Of a stretch of DNA of 64,000 nt, positions 1 through 24,111 are shown one piece after another. The position numbers and the translations under genes are program-made. The stretch lies in NCBI RefSeq assembly GCF_009914755.1, contig NC_060941.1. One strand, 5' to 3'. Source of the DNA: the human T2T-CHM13v2.0 reference genome, Homo sapiens. The notes under the pieces are model-generated. The model was given only the letters and a program-made list of their open reading frames with translations, searched no databases and had not been told where the DNA came from. Position 1 is the stretch's first letter. Each line of letters opens with the position of its first letter.

Positions 1-100
1 GCTGAGATAGGAGGCTGAGGCCGTGGTGAACCATGATTGCACCACTGTACTCCAGCCTGGGCAACAGAGCGAGACCGTGTCTCCAAAACAAATAAACCAA
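1..100 (+). mobile_element. Alu 3' fragment
   Basis: ccactgtactccagcctgggcaacagagcgagacc followed by A-rich tail. Confidence 0.85.
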
Positions 101-1629
101 CAAACAGAGGTTAGTTACTGCCCAAATTTTCAACCATATTAAATATGGGAGGTCATTATTGGAACCAAGAGAGTGACATTCATTCTCATCTGTGATTCAG
201 CGTGAGGAATCTTACTTATCGGATTTGGTATCCTTTTATTCTATGGGGTACTTTTCATGTTTATTCCTCTGGGGAATTTCAGAGCAGTGGATGAAGGGAA
301 GGGCATAAACAAATGGCCAGATTTTCTCAATCGTTCATAATCATCCCTTTGAGTGTTTTCAGAGAGTGTCATGAGGGATGATTTTTCTCGATTATGTCAT
401 TGTTTGCTTCTCCCCCACCAGGGCCTCTCAGTGACGGTGAGAAGCCTATTGGTAGCTGCGGCAATTGAGTGTCTCCACCGTGCAGATAGTGTGGAGGGTC
501 ATCGGGGTGAGCCTTAGGAGTCCAGGGGGTTTAGGGCATGATTTCCGCCATCGGAGAATGGATGGAACAGGCCCCCATAGAGAAAGAGAAATGAGGATGC
601 AGTTACAGGCTGGGGACCACCTGAGTGGACAGAGATGCGCTGGATGGTGGGCCAGCCTAGGCTGGTCATGGTGAAGGTTATGGGAGCCACCAAAGCCGCT
701 TTCAGCTGACAGTGGCCGCCTTATGCTGCTGTGCGGTGCCAGCCTGTTCTTCCACAGCTGTCCTGCTCCAGATGAGGGCTTGCCACCTTTGTAACTGCTG
801 GGACCATTCTGTCCAGCCACTTCCCCTGTCTCACTTCTCTGGGCCGAAAATAGCTCAGCAGGAATCCCTTGAGGCCCATATATATATTGGGAGGCATCTT
901 TGTTACTCAGATTTTTTTTTTTTTTTACTAAGAGCGTTATGGCTGAATGAGTCCCCGTGCACACATGAGTGGTGAAAATAAGGACAGCTGGAACCTGGGC
1001 CTTGTCATTTCCCATGCTGAACGTGCTGCCTCCCCATCTATAAACTCACAGGGTGGCCCCACATAAATTAAGGGCAGTGATGTAAAACCACAGCAGGGAG
1101 TTAGAAGTAGCATAGGCGTGAGAAGCGTTGGCATCTGCCTTATCAAAAGCGAGATCCAGACCCCTCCTGGGGTGAACATTAAAGAGCAGAATGCCCGATT
1201 TTGGGGGTGGTGGTATGGCAGCAGAAGGGACGCAGTTCCTGGAAGGTTCCCCTTGCAGAGATCTCCTGGGTCAGTGTTTGCACACACAGTGTGCCACCAC
1301 CTGCCAGGAAAGAGCCTGTTTAATACTAAAAGCAAAGGGAGAGGAGCCCAAGGGAAAGAGGGGACTGGCGAGGCGGTAGGCAGGGCAGTGTGTGCAGCCA
1401 ACACAGCCCTGGGTAAGACCTGGGCCACTTGCTGTCATCGGTGCCAACATACACAATCTTTTCCCTGAAGACAATTTGCACTGCCAGTTAAATGGCAGAG
1501 TCTGGGCTTCAAACCTGGGCCACCCTGGCTCCAGGGTCAGTAGCTTCTGCCCTGCCGAGATGAGTGATTCCTGATATGAACAAGTCCCCAAGCCATGTAG
1601 GGTATTGTAGATGAGTGTCAACTCCCTCC

Positions 1630-2030
1630 TTTAGGTGAAGCTCACCCTCAGTGGCTTCCTAGGAAAGGGTGATGGGAGCTTGACCTTTGGAGTGCTTACG
1701 TGTCAGGAAATGCCTTTATTTCCACACCTGATTGATAGCCTGGTGGGACATAAAGTCCTTGATTGAAAATCAGCAATGTTGCTCCGTGTGGAATGGGGTC
1801 TGGAGTAGGGTTTTGCTGTTGAGAATGGGTCAGGCCAGTTTGATTTCTGTTCCTTTGTCTAGGATAGGATATATTTTTCTCTCTGGAAGCTTTCAGGTTC
1901 TTTTTCACAGGTGCTCTGGAATTTCATAGAGTGTGCTTACCTGTAGGTCTTTTTCATTGCTTGTATTGGGACCTGCATTTAGGGGACCTGTGTGTCTGCA
2001 GACGTGATCTTCAGGTCTGGGAAATATCTT
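1630..2030 (-). mobile_element. Ancient L1/HAL1 ORF1 fragment
   Basis: Minus-strand translation KNLKASREK...EIKAFPD resembles the L1 ORF1p C-terminus. Confidence 0.55.
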
Positions 2031-2035
2031 TGTGC

Positions 2036-2350
2036 TTTTTTTTGTTTTGTTTGTGAGATGGAATCTTGCTCTGTCACCCAGGCTAGAGTGCAGTGATGTG
2101 ATCTCGGCTCACTGCAATCTCTGCCTCCTGGATTCAAGTGATTCTCCTGCCCCAGCCTCCTGAGTACTTGGGACTCAGGGCTGGCCACGGTGGTGCTCGC
2201 CACCACGCCTGGCTAATTTTTGTATTTTTTAGTAGAGACAGGGTTTCACCATGTTGGACAGGCTGGTCTTGAACTCCTGGCCTCAAATGATCTGCCTTCC
2301 TCGGCCTCCCAAAGTGCTGGGATTACAGGCGTGAGCCACTGCGCCTGGCC
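2036..2350 (-). mobile_element. Alu (S-type)
   Basis: Full dimer with T-tail; small internal insert near 2175-2195. Confidence 0.95.
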
Positions 2351-2729
2351 TAGTCTTAGGTTTCTTTTTCAGAGCATCCTGGTTTTGTTTTGGGTCCTCA
2401 CCTGGCTTGGCTTCTTGTGGTTTCTGACACGCCCAGTACCGAGCCTCTGGGGCTGTAGCTGGTGGGTGGCCCTCTTCCTACCCCCTGCAACCCCCCCACC
2501 TCCCCCAGGCACTCTGTGTTGAACCCCTTCCTTGCAGAGGCGAGTGTGTGACCTCCACTCCATCTGCTTGCTGGGCCCTCAAAGCTGAGCTGTTGCTTTC
2601 TATCTCACGTCTTTTGACATATTTGTTCCTTTTTAGTTATTTGCTTCTTGGAAGTGTGATAATTCTACCACATTTCAGATTTTTAGAAATCTCAAATGCC
2701 TTTTGTTTCATTTTAAGTGTGGTAATGTG

Positions 2730-4676
<1,947 letters not shown>

Positions 4677-5011
4677 TGGGATTTTTATGACTAGAACTAA
4701 CATATGTAAGATGCTTCTCATATTGTAGGCCCCAACAATTGGTAACTTTCAAGCTGCCATATACTTTTACATAAATGCTATCATACCATAGATGTATTTT
4801 TTGTTTTTAGTGGATTTTTGTTTGCCATTTTACATATCAAAATAAACTTAAAAGATGTTAAATGAAATAAAATATGATGATGAGGCACTTGACTAAATGG
4901 CAAAATGAAACACTGGGTTCCATCATGACCTCCTGATGTGCGCATCCATTTACGTACGCGCACATGTGTGTTTATGTGTACATACATAGATTAAGACTAA
5001 ACAGAATTTCA

Positions 5012-5416
<405 letters not shown>

Positions 5417-5519
5417 TTATTTATTAAACATTTTTTTTTAATGCACTGATTACCAGTGTCCCGATGGGCTGATGACTGGCAATTTGGAAGACACCAAACT
5501 ATATAGAAATCCAGGATCT

Positions 5520-6835
<1,316 letters not shown>

Positions 6836-7167
6836 GATTACTGGGTTATGCTGTCATTTGCTGACACGTAGAGGGCAAGGAAACGGATATTTTGTTGTCG
6901 TTACTTGAGAAATGGTGAGAATATTTATGAATTTTCCTTAGACGTTTGACTTCAGTTCTTAGAAAGAGGTATGCCATAAGCCCAATTGTGATTCTCATCT
7001 TCACTTTTATTGCATGCTTAATCAGAGATATGCATTTTGAAGCTTCTCAGAAGAAATGGGGTGAACGCTGACATTATTGTTTGGCTACCTAACTTGGGAG
7101 CTCCCTTTTATTTGAGATTTTGCCTGATGAAGGGGTAGAATATTCAACTTAAAATAACAGCACTCTT

Positions 7168-7484
7168 GGCCGGGCATGGTGGCTCAGGCCTGTAATCCCA
7201 GCACTTTGGGAAGCCGAGGTGGGTGGATCATCTTAGGTCAGGAGTTCGAGACCAGCCTGGTCAACATGGTGAAACCCCATCTCTAATAAAAATATAAATA
7301 TTAGCCGGGTGTGGTGGCAGGCAACTGTAATCCTAGCTACCCAGGAGGCTGAGGCAGGAGAATCACTGGAACCCGGGGGGTGGAGGTTGCCGTGAGCCGA
7401 GATCGCGCCACTTCACTCCAGCCTGGGTGACAGAGCGAAACTCCGTCTCAAAAATAAATAAAAATAAATAAATAAATAAAAATA
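7168..7484 (+). mobile_element. Alu (S-type)
   Basis: Full dimer; TSD aataacagcact. Confidence 0.96.
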
Positions 7485-7689
7485 ATAACAGCACTTGTTA
7501 TAGTAAGAATCCGAGGGTATAACTTACTGATCTTTTCTGATTCCAAAAAAAATTCATTTCTGGCCAAAAATGGACTGTTTTTTTCTCATTCTGGTTTAAA
7601 CATACCGCTTTTTCAGCTATGCCAGTGGGAAATGTCTTCCTACCTTTTGGGGCTCCAATAACTCAGACTTGGGGATGGGACCTTTGCAG

Positions 7690-7848
7690 CCTACTGCCGG
7701 AACTCTCTGGATGGCCAGTGGTACAGTTATGATGACAGCACGGTGGAACCGCTTCGAGAAGATGAGGTCAACACCAGAGGGGCTTATATCCTGTTCTATC
7801 AGAAGCGGAACAGCATCCCTCCCTGGTCAGCCAGCAGCTCCATGAGAG
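7690..7848 (+). CDS. USP43: USP43 internal coding exon (third from last), end of USP catalytic domain
   Basis: tttgcag|CC TAC TGC... reads (A)YCRNSLDGQWYSYDDSTVEPLREDEVNTRGAYILFYQKRNSIPPWSASSSMR, with the USP W..YDD and AYILFY boxes; donor AG|gtaggt; 159 nt, phase 1-1. Confidence 0.95.
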
Positions 7849-8204
7849 GTAGGTGCTGCTGCTCATGACAGGAGGGGGGTGTGGGGAAGTCACTTTAAGA
7901 ACTGGGAAGAGGCTCAGTTGAACATCGAGGACCAGGAGAGGTTGGCAAGGATCTGAAAGAGGAAGCCCGGGATGCTGCTGTAGAAACCTGAGCTGCATAG
8001 ACTGGTTGCTCATTTACCAGGGTGTGGGATGGATGGATTATAATTCAGGAAAGGGGAAAAGAATAATTGTTTGTATTCAGGGCAGGCGATGCTTGGCAGT
8101 GTGGTATTCCATATTCCTAGTCTCACTCATATCACAGCAGGTTTTTTGAGGTGTATGTAATGTAAACTGATGTCAGTCCTGTTGGAAAGGCAGGGCAGTT
8201 ATAA

Positions 8205-8503
<299 letters not shown>

Positions 8504-9102
8504 TAAGGTAGCTGTTTAAACACTGCTGCACTCAAGCAATTCATTTATTAGCCTCAAACTTGCTTGGAAGTCTAGAGAAAGAAAGTGCCAAAGCTGACCC
8601 TTTCACGTGATTTGTTTCATGCTGCAAACCAACTGTCCTTATCTTTGGGACAAGAGAGCATTAAAAAAAAAAATTAAGCAGATTTTCTCCTAACAGTTAT
8701 CAGAAAATGGCCAAATAAATCCAAGAGTCCTCAGCAGGTCTAAACCAATCCTAACATAAGTCTAGCTTCCATTTATAGAAGAAGATGTTGAAAAAAGAAT
8801 GAAAAACCTGTCCTATTAGAGAAAAGAAGTTTTTCTTACTGTCCAGTATAATAAAGATAATGTATCTTTATGGTGCAAAGTGTAGGCATCCTTAATGCCC
8901 ACTGTAAAAGATTTGGTTTCCCTAAACTTGGGATAAACTCCTGTAACATGGCTTATTACCTGTTGAACTGTGCATGCTGGGGCCCTGGTACTGGTAATAA
9001 AATACTGTTACTCTGCCTCTGACTACAGCTCTGAGTAATACAGTACTTTGGCTCTGGAAAAAGAAACAAAAAACATATTTAGAATGCCAAAGCTGGTGAT
9101 AA

Positions 9103-9465
<363 letters not shown>

Positions 9466-9702
9466 CATGCTTTCCTTTTTGTGCTCAAATGCCTCTCCCT
9501 AAACTTTTAAGCTTAGTCACATGGGAAACCCGATCACAGGTTTCCCCTCTCCTTGTTGACAGGTTTCTGCAGTTCTGTTCTGGTTCTGTAGTTCTGGGGC
9601 TGAAGGATGGGGCCGGAATGGGGATCTGGTTGTGAGATGCTCCGCTAGGACTCTGAAGTGCTGGGGTTGGGCTCAGCCTCCCTCTCTGTGTTTCCTCCAC
9701 AG

Positions 9703-9867
9703 GCTCTACCAGCTCCTCCCTGTCTGATCACTGGCTCTTACGGCTCGGGAGCCACGCTGGCAGCACAAGGGGAAGCCTGCTGTCCTGGAGCTCTGCCCCC
9801 TGCCCCTCCCTGCCCCAGGTTCCTGACTCTCCCATCTTCACCAACAGCCTCTGCAATCAGGAAAAGG
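9703..9867 (+). CDS. USP43: USP43 penultimate coding exon
   Basis: Pyrimidine tract tttcctccacag| then GSTSSSLSDHWLLRLGSHAGS...NSLCNQEK; donor G|gtatgt; 165 nt, phase 1-1, in frame with both neighbours. Confidence 0.93.
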
Positions 9868-10569
9868 GTATGTTGGTTAAATGTGCTTGGTTGATTTTCA
9901 TTTTCTGTAATGTCTGTTGTTATTGCTCAGTATGAAAGCGCTGTCACTTCGTAGTCTTGAATGGAAAGGGTCCATCATTACGAGAGGTTTGTTCATCTCT
10001 TAAATGGGGTCTTCTATGACCTGCCCTTCCTTGCCCGCTTCTCCCCATCCTCTACCCTCCAGCCACAGGTACCTTTTCTCTGCCCCCGTGTAGCTTATTG
10101 TCATAAGCAAGTAAACCTGGGAACATGGTACTTAAAGAAGGGAGAATGGCAAAGAGAATCAGGGAAGAGGGTATTCAGGCCCGGGGTGGAGGAGGGAGGG
10201 TGCACAGGGCCCGGGAGATAGGACGGGCGGGTAACATCTTTCTAGGGGGTGACACTGAGCAGAGCTCTGAGTGAGAGAGAGTGACTTGTGTAGAAGCCTA
10301 GGGCTATGTTCCAGGAGAGGAGCCCTCCAGGGTGAAGGCTGGGAGTGAGCATTGGATGTGTGAGGGGCAGAAGAAACCAGAGCTGTGGCTGGAGCAGAGA
10401 CACCCAGGAGTAGAGAGAGCAGGAGTGGACAGGGGCCATGTTAGAACCTACCTTTCTGAGCTAGAGGTATAAAGTTTGGACTCTATTCTAAGTGTAGTGG
10501 ATAGCGAGTGGAGAGGTGTTTTTGTTTGTTTGTTTGTTTGTTTGTTTGTTAATGCTTCTGCTTTAATCA

Positions 10570-11232
<663 letters not shown>

Positions 11233-11635
11233 TGAGCAGGGAAGTGGTTGATCTGATTTATAGTTTGTAGAGAGTCTACTCTGGCTACTGTGTGGAGAAG
11301 ACATCACAGGGGGCAAGAGTGGGGACGTAGGAAGATCATTCAGGAGACTAACATGGTTATATCCAGGTGGGAGACAGTGGTGGTTTGAACTAGCATGTTA
11401 GATAAGAGATGGTCAAACTGGATGTATACTGAAGCTGGAGCTGCTAAGATTTGCTGATGTGGGGTGTGCAGTGTGAAGGAAAGAGAATAGTCAAGGATGA
11501 CTCCTTGCTTAAGGTCTAAATAACGAGGGGAATTGCTGCACAGTTAATGAGGTGGGAGAAAGTTGGGTAGGAACACTCCATTCTGGAGGGAAGTCAAGAA
11601 TTTTTTGACACAGTAATTTTGAAAATCCTGTAAGA

Positions 11636-12010
11636 CACCATTCCCCAGGCTTTTTGGCACCAGGGACCGGTTTCATGGAAGACAATTTTTACACACACTT
11701 GAGGTGAGGATGGTTTGGGATGAAACTGTTCCACCTCAGATCATCAGGCATGAGATTCTCATAAGGAGCATGCAACCTACATCCCTCACGTGCAGAGTTC
11801 ACAATAGGCTTTGTGTTCCTATGAGAATCTAATACGCCTGCTGATCTGACAGGAGGCGGAGCTCAGGCGGTAATGCGAGTGATGGGGAGCAGCTGTAAAT
11901 ACAGATGAAGCTTCGCTCATTTGCTCACCACTCACTTCCTGCTCTGTGGCCCGATTCCTAACAGGCTGTGGATCAGTACTTGTCCACAGCCCAGGGGTTG
12001 GGGGACCCTG
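11636..12010 (-). mobile_element. MER1 (A/B-like) hAT-Charlie element
   Basis: tttttggcaccagggaccggtttc...ggatgaaactgttccacctcagatcatcaggc...ggggttgggggaccctg. Confidence 0.88.
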
Positions 12011-12134
12011 CTAAGACATCACATCAATGTGATAACTGGGGAGTGGAGAGAAATATTTGAGAGTCATCAGCACATGGATGGAACAGTGCTGGCTGAGCTC
12101 CCCTGGGGAAATAGTACAGATGAAAAAGAATGAA

Positions 12135-12834
<700 letters not shown>

Positions 12835-12911
12835 TCAGATGATCAGGTCTACAGGGAGATGTTGATGACAGTGCTGGGAACAAGGGGGTAACCACAGAAA
12901 CAAAGTCCTTA

Positions 12912-13206
12912 AGGCTGAGCGTTGTCAGATCACGCCTGGAACCCTAGCATTTTGGGAGGCCAAGGTGGGAGGATCGCGTGAGTCCAAGAAGTTAAGACTA
13001 GCCCTGGCAACATAGTGAGACCCCATCTCTATAAAAAATTAGCCAGGCATGGTGGCATGTGCCTGTTGTCCCAGCTACTCAAAAGGCTGAGGTGGGAGGA
13101 TCTCTTGAGCTTGGGAAGTTAGGGCTGCAGTGAGCTGTGAGCACACCACTGCACTCCGGCCTGGGTGACAGAGTGAGACCTTGTCTCAAAAAAACAAACA
13201 AAAAAA
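12912..13206 (+). mobile_element. AluJ
   Basis: Diverged dimer (catagtgagacccc, gggaggatc). Confidence 0.9.
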
Positions 13207-13227
13207 CCAGCATTACTATGTAAGAAC

Positions 13228-13863
13228 TGTATGTCTGTGTATGTGTGTTTGTGCCTGTGTGTATGTCTGTGTGTGTGTCTGTGTCTTTGTGTGTGTGTGT
13301 CTCTGTGTGTGTGTCTGTGTGTTTGTGTCTTTGTGTGTGTGTCTCTGTGAGTGTATGTCTGTGTGTGTGTTTCTTGTGTGTGTGTCTCTATGTGTATGTG
13401 CCTGTGTGTGTGTCTGTGTGTATGTGTGTGTGTCTGTGTGTGTCTCTGTGTGTGTATGTGTGTGTGTGTGTGTGTGTCTCTGTAGGTATGTGTCTGCGTG
13501 TTTGTGTCTATGTGTGTGTCTCTGTGTGTGTGTGTCTGTGTATCTGTGTGTCTCTGTGTGTCTATGTGTATGTATCTGTGTATATGTGTCTGTGTGTGTC
13601 TCTGTGTATCTGTGTGTGTGTCTCTGTGTGTCTATGTATATGTATCTGTGTATATGTGTCTGTGTGTGTGTTTCTGTGTGTCTATGTGTATGTATCTGTG
13701 TATATGTGTGTGTGTCTGTGTTTGTGTATCTGTGTGTGTGTCTGTGTGTGTATGTGTCTGTGTATGTGAGAATGTGTTTGTGTGTATGAGTGTGCTTGTG
13801 TGTGTATTGTTTGTGCCTGTATGTCTGTGTGTGTGTGTTTGTGTGTCTTTGTGTGAGTGTGTG
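13228..13863 (+). repeat. ~630 bp imperfect (TG)n repeat with TC/TA interruptions
   Basis: Directly visible; recurring blocks such as gtgtctatgtgtatgtatctgtgtatatgtg. Confidence 0.97.
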
Positions 13864-14452
13864 ATCTTTAGCCTTTGTGTTCCTTCAGCCAGAAAGTGGT
13901 AACATGTTCAAATTATTTTTTTAGTTCCTTATTTCTTGTTAGGTCCTAACTTAGTTTTTTAAATACAATTTTAATAGAAATATTATATATACTTGTGATT
14001 AGTATACTTTACATATTGCATACAATTATATATATAAGTATATGTAAGTAAAGTATATTAATCCTTCAATACTTAAAGTATATTAAGTATACAGCTGACA
14101 AATTTTCATAAAATGAACATCCTCATATACCAGATTAAAAAATAGAATATTCTAGCACCCTGCTGCCTTGTATCTCTCTCAATCATGACTGTTTTAAATA
14201 AAAAACAGCTTGGAGATACATAGTTCTCTGCACAGAAATTTACTTATGAGAGAGAGAGCGAACTGTTGTCTGTTGACAATTGTCAATAAAAAAGCAAACA
14301 CAGGGGTTTGAAGAAGAGGGGGTGCAGGGTGAGGTGGGGGAACTACCTCTTCCTTTCTGCAGGTTCATTCATGGGCTGGAATCTGTTGTGGAGGCTAGCC
14401 TTGTGGTCTGACCTGGAGAAATCTGGCCTGGTCATCAAGGGGAGCACCCTGA

Positions 14453-14916
<464 letters not shown>

Positions 14917-15093
14917 TTACATTGTCAGAATAGTTTACATGTTTACATTTTGTATTGCGGTTCGGTTTCAGAGTTGTTTCTGGTTTGCAGCCATTACCAG
15001 TAGTCCTGTTATGAACATTTTTGATCCTGTCCTTGGTGTCTGCACGTCTGCATTTCTGTTGGGTGTATACTTAGGAGTGGAATTGCTTGGGCA

Positions 15094-15095
<2 letters not shown>

Positions 15096-15129
<34 letters not shown>
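15096..15129 (+). repeat. (GT)n microsatellite
   Basis: About 17 GT units. Confidence 0.95.
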
Positions 15130-15131
<2 letters not shown>

Positions 15132-15194
15132 TCATCAGCTGCTTATTTCTTTATACTTTATGTCATCATTTGTATCCAAGTACCCAATGCAATA

Positions 15195-16046
<852 letters not shown>

Positions 16047-16183
16047 CACCAGGCATGTACCAGACTCTGGTTACATATTTGTGAGTGAATAGAGATGATG
16101 ATAGGATCTTAAAGCTACAAGTGGTTTTAGATTCTCATTGAGTCCACCCCTCTGGTTTACAGTGATTTATGTGTCAGAGTTCA

Positions 16184-16622
<439 letters not shown>

Positions 16623-16716
16623 CTATTTCATGCAGTATGTTTTGTTTTGACTTGTCCTGGCTGGACATTTCTTTTCCCCTTATATTTTCATGATTGCACA
16701 TTTAAAATAGTGTCTA

Positions 16717-16878
<162 letters not shown>

Positions 16879-17164
16879 CTACAACAAAAAAGATGTTCTT
16901 TCTCAAGCTCATTCATCCCTGTCAGCATTGCCTATGATAAGCTCAAAAGTTCATCCCAGCTCTGTTTAACGGCAAAGTACCTCAGGCCATTTCTCAGTTC
17001 TCCCAAGGAGAAATGTGCTTGATATCCTCCCAGGAGGAGGCGATTTCAAAGGATGGTCCAAGTTTTTCACATGGTATTCAGACAGATGTGAGGCACAGCT
17101 CTAGAAAAACTCCTCAGAGACCCCTGAGAGGCCTGGGGGAGGGATGATAACTGTCCTGCAGACC

Positions 17165-17360
17165 CTTGCAGGCATTTTACTCGCATTCTCTAATTCAGTC
17201 CTCAAAACCCTTGGGAGAGGTGACCTTATAGCCCTACCAAGGGGATATCTGAGATTCGGTGTGAAGCAACCAGTCGCACCTAGTTGTAAAGCTCACCCCT
17301 AGAAAGTGGTGGGGCTGAAATAGACCCGTTCCCTCTGGGTGCCAGGTCTTGGCTCTCAGG
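17165..17360 (-). mobile_element. MIR
   Basis: Diverged MIR core. Confidence 0.5.
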
Positions 17361-17521
17361 CTCTGTAGACATACATTCCAGATTAGAGTCGCTTTCACAT
17401 GGAGAGAGACTGCAAGAGCCTTGCTTCCTAAGGGAGCTTTCCCTCTTGGAGTTTGACTAAAATAGTGACAGATTTTGAAAGCTGTTTTAGAAGTTCTGAG
17501 ACGGTTGAAAAATCCAGCGTT

Positions 17522-17816
17522 TGCTGGACGTGGTGGCTCATGCCTGTAATCCCAGCACTTTGGGAGGCCGAGGCAGGTGGATCACCTGAGGCTAGGAGCC
17601 CGAGACCAGCCTGGTCCACATGGCAAAACCCTGTCTCTACTAAAAATACAAAAATTAGCTGGGCATGATGGCACATGACTGCGATCCCAGCTACTCAGGA
17701 GGCTGAGGCTGGAGAATCACTTGAGCCCAAGAAGTGGAGGTTGCACTGAGCCTTGATCGCACCACTGTGCTCCAGCCTGGGTGACAGAGTGAGACCCTGT
17801 CTCAAAAAAAAAGAAA
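17522..17816 (+). mobile_element. Alu
   Basis: Full dimer. Confidence 0.94.
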
Positions 17817-17821
17817 GACTA

Positions 17822-18121
<300 letters not shown>

Positions 18122-18154
18122 TTACTAAACCTGGGCAAGACAAAAATCTAGCAT

Positions 18155-18685
<531 letters not shown>

Positions 18686-18829
18686 AGCTTGAGAACACCA
18701 CCTTTCCGGTAGCCCTGGTTATGATCATCATAATAATGAAGGAATCTTAAACCAAAATGAACGGATCCAAGTGTTTTGGAGACTGCAACTTATATAATTG
18801 AGGTGGGTGTGGGGGAAGGTTCCAGAAGA

Positions 18830-18978
18830 AAAAGAATATTACAACATCTTACTTTTGCAATTTTTATACAACCATGACCATGTAAAAAAAAATGGCTAGG
18901 AGTCCTTCCCAGAGACCCCTTGGTAATAAGGTGCCCTGAAAGTTAAGCTTTCACAGCTTCTCAGTATGGGCGCTTCTG
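18830..18978 (-). mobile_element. Arthur1/MER69-like hAT-Tip100 end
   Basis: atcttacttttgcaatttt...catgaccatgt...gccctgaaagttaagctt. Confidence 0.55.
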
Positions 18979-19029
18979 ATGATAAGTTTCCTCTATGGCT
19001 TTTATTGGGCCTCAAAGGTTTTGTTTTTC

Positions 19030-21652
<2,623 letters not shown>

Positions 21653-21965
21653 TAGTTTCTATCTCTTGGTCAGTCACGTTTTTCAGTCCCTGTTTTTTCA
21701 TTATCTTCCTTGAGATGCAAGTTTGTTGATCATTTTAAGCTGTCACGTTTCATCTGTTTCATCAGCAGCCTGCTCTGATGGTTCTGGTGATTATTCTTCT
21801 CTGACCGCCAGACCCCCTCATGCGTGTTGCTGTTTTCTTTTCTGTCCCACCCTCTCATGTATGGCAGTGGCTCTTGGAGTGATGAAAAGGGCAGCAGCTT
21901 TGGCTCCCAGGGGCTGGTGGTGTGACAGCCAGCCTTTTTCTTCCCCGCTTCGTCCTGCTGGTTCA

Positions 21966-22440
<475 letters not shown>

Positions 22441-22489
22441 GCATTGTATGGTATCATGTATTCTTGCTTTTGCCAAACCTCATAAAGAC

Positions 22490-22590
22490 AGGTGCACCAT
22501 ATTCTTTTTCCTTCAACTGTATCCCAAGCGTTGAAGACAGTCCTTGGCACATGGCATGTGCTTATTAAATATTTTTTGAAGGAGTAAGCG
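22490..22590 (+). mobile_element. L2 3' end
   Basis: ctgtatcccaagcg...tggcacatggcatgtgcttattaaatattt. Confidence 0.6.
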
Positions 22591-24111
22591 GGTAGATGTA
22601 TGAAGCACGATGGAAGCCCTTGAAGAGACAGAAGGTGCTCAACTAGGAAAAGTCTTGTTCTGTGGCGGGGGGCAGGGGGGCACTAAGCATGGCACCAAGA
22701 GGTCCCCAGCCCTGTTCACAAAACACCTGAGTATGGATTGATGCATACTTCATTGGCCAAAAATAAAAAAGTCATGTAGAAATCAAGGTGGCCACACAGG
22801 GACAGGAACAGATGTGGCCGTTCTCAAAGCAGCATCTGCTGGCTCCAGAGCTGCGGTGTGGAGGGGGTGTCAGGGGACTGAGCCTGTCAGCTGCACTGGT
22901 GCCATCTGCATGGAGGGGGCTCTTGTGGGGTCCAAAAAGCACATTATGAATGCTGTGGGGCTTTATAACCTTCAGGAAGAACCTAACGGCCTGTGTCTTT
23001 AATGCAGTGTAAGGCTCTAGGCTCAGACTGGCTGGAAACAGAATCTTCTCGGGGTGGGGTGGGGCGGGAGTTGAACCAGAGTTAGTGCCCAGGGGTCTCT
23101 GAACACCACTGTGTTCAGCATCTGTCTCCCAGCATCCCAGAAGTTTTGCCCATCTCCCCGGGGGAGGGGTACCAGGACTTGCACCCACCCTAGACGGGAA
23201 GTGACTTTGTAGAGAGGAAGTGTGATGTGAGCGTGGGGGCCTCTTATTCCCTTCTGTTCTTATGCTGCTTATTTCTCAATTTTATTAAAGCCATCACTGT
23301 CTCAGATCCTGTTATCCTAGCCCAATAAATGGAAGGAGAATAAAGATAACAGGGGTACTTTTTCACTGCCATCTCGAGAAAGAGGAGACACGAGTTCCGT
23401 GGGCATCTGTGGTTCCCATGAAATGTAGCTCAGGCGTTGATGTCAGCCCTGGCCTCAGAGACTTTCCTACCAGGAAGAAAGGAAGAACTGCTATTTCGGG
23501 CAGCTGCCAACTCCTCTCGCCACCTGCCGGGGCTCCAGGCAACATGCTCTCATTTTGAAAGGCTAAAAGTCACAGCTTTGTCCTACTAATACAAAGCGTC
23601 CCTTTCTGCCCTTCCCAGGGCTGTGGAAGAGAAAAAAAGAAATAAACTTCACACACATCTCAGACCCCAGAACATTTCTTCCCCACCCCCCGAGGGCTGG
23701 GAATTTAATAAGGTCAATCTAAACCAAAATTACAGAGTATTTTGGGTAAAATTGTGTCTATGACTGGCTAATCTAAAGAAATGCTTTGAGGAAAGAAAAA
23801 ATCAAACATTCTTTATGAGAAACCTGGAAAGTCACATCCTTGAGATGCTTTCTAACTCCTTTTGGAGGTCATGGGCTTTCGGCTTCTTCCTGCTCCAGCC
23901 ATTTCTCCAGGGGTGCTTGGTCGATGTGCACTTTGCCTCCCCCGCGTTCCTGCAGCATTCACTCCCCTGCACCTCATTCTTTTGCCTTTCCTGAGCTCTC
24001 ACCCGTGCACCTGACAATCTCTGGCCCTTCTCTGTGTCACACATCGTGTTGGCTGTGCCGCTGACAGGGGGCTTTTTATGGCAGGAGTTCTGCTCCCTTT
24101 TGGAGCTTCTC

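Noticed and set aside
446-1428. 189-aa and 163-aa minus-strand ORFs
   Set aside because: No recognisable domain, non-ATG starts, one crosses a polyA run; consistent with chance in GC-richer intron.
13181-13902. Cys/Val-rich ORFs of 134-202 aa
   Set aside because: Translation artefact of the TG repeat.
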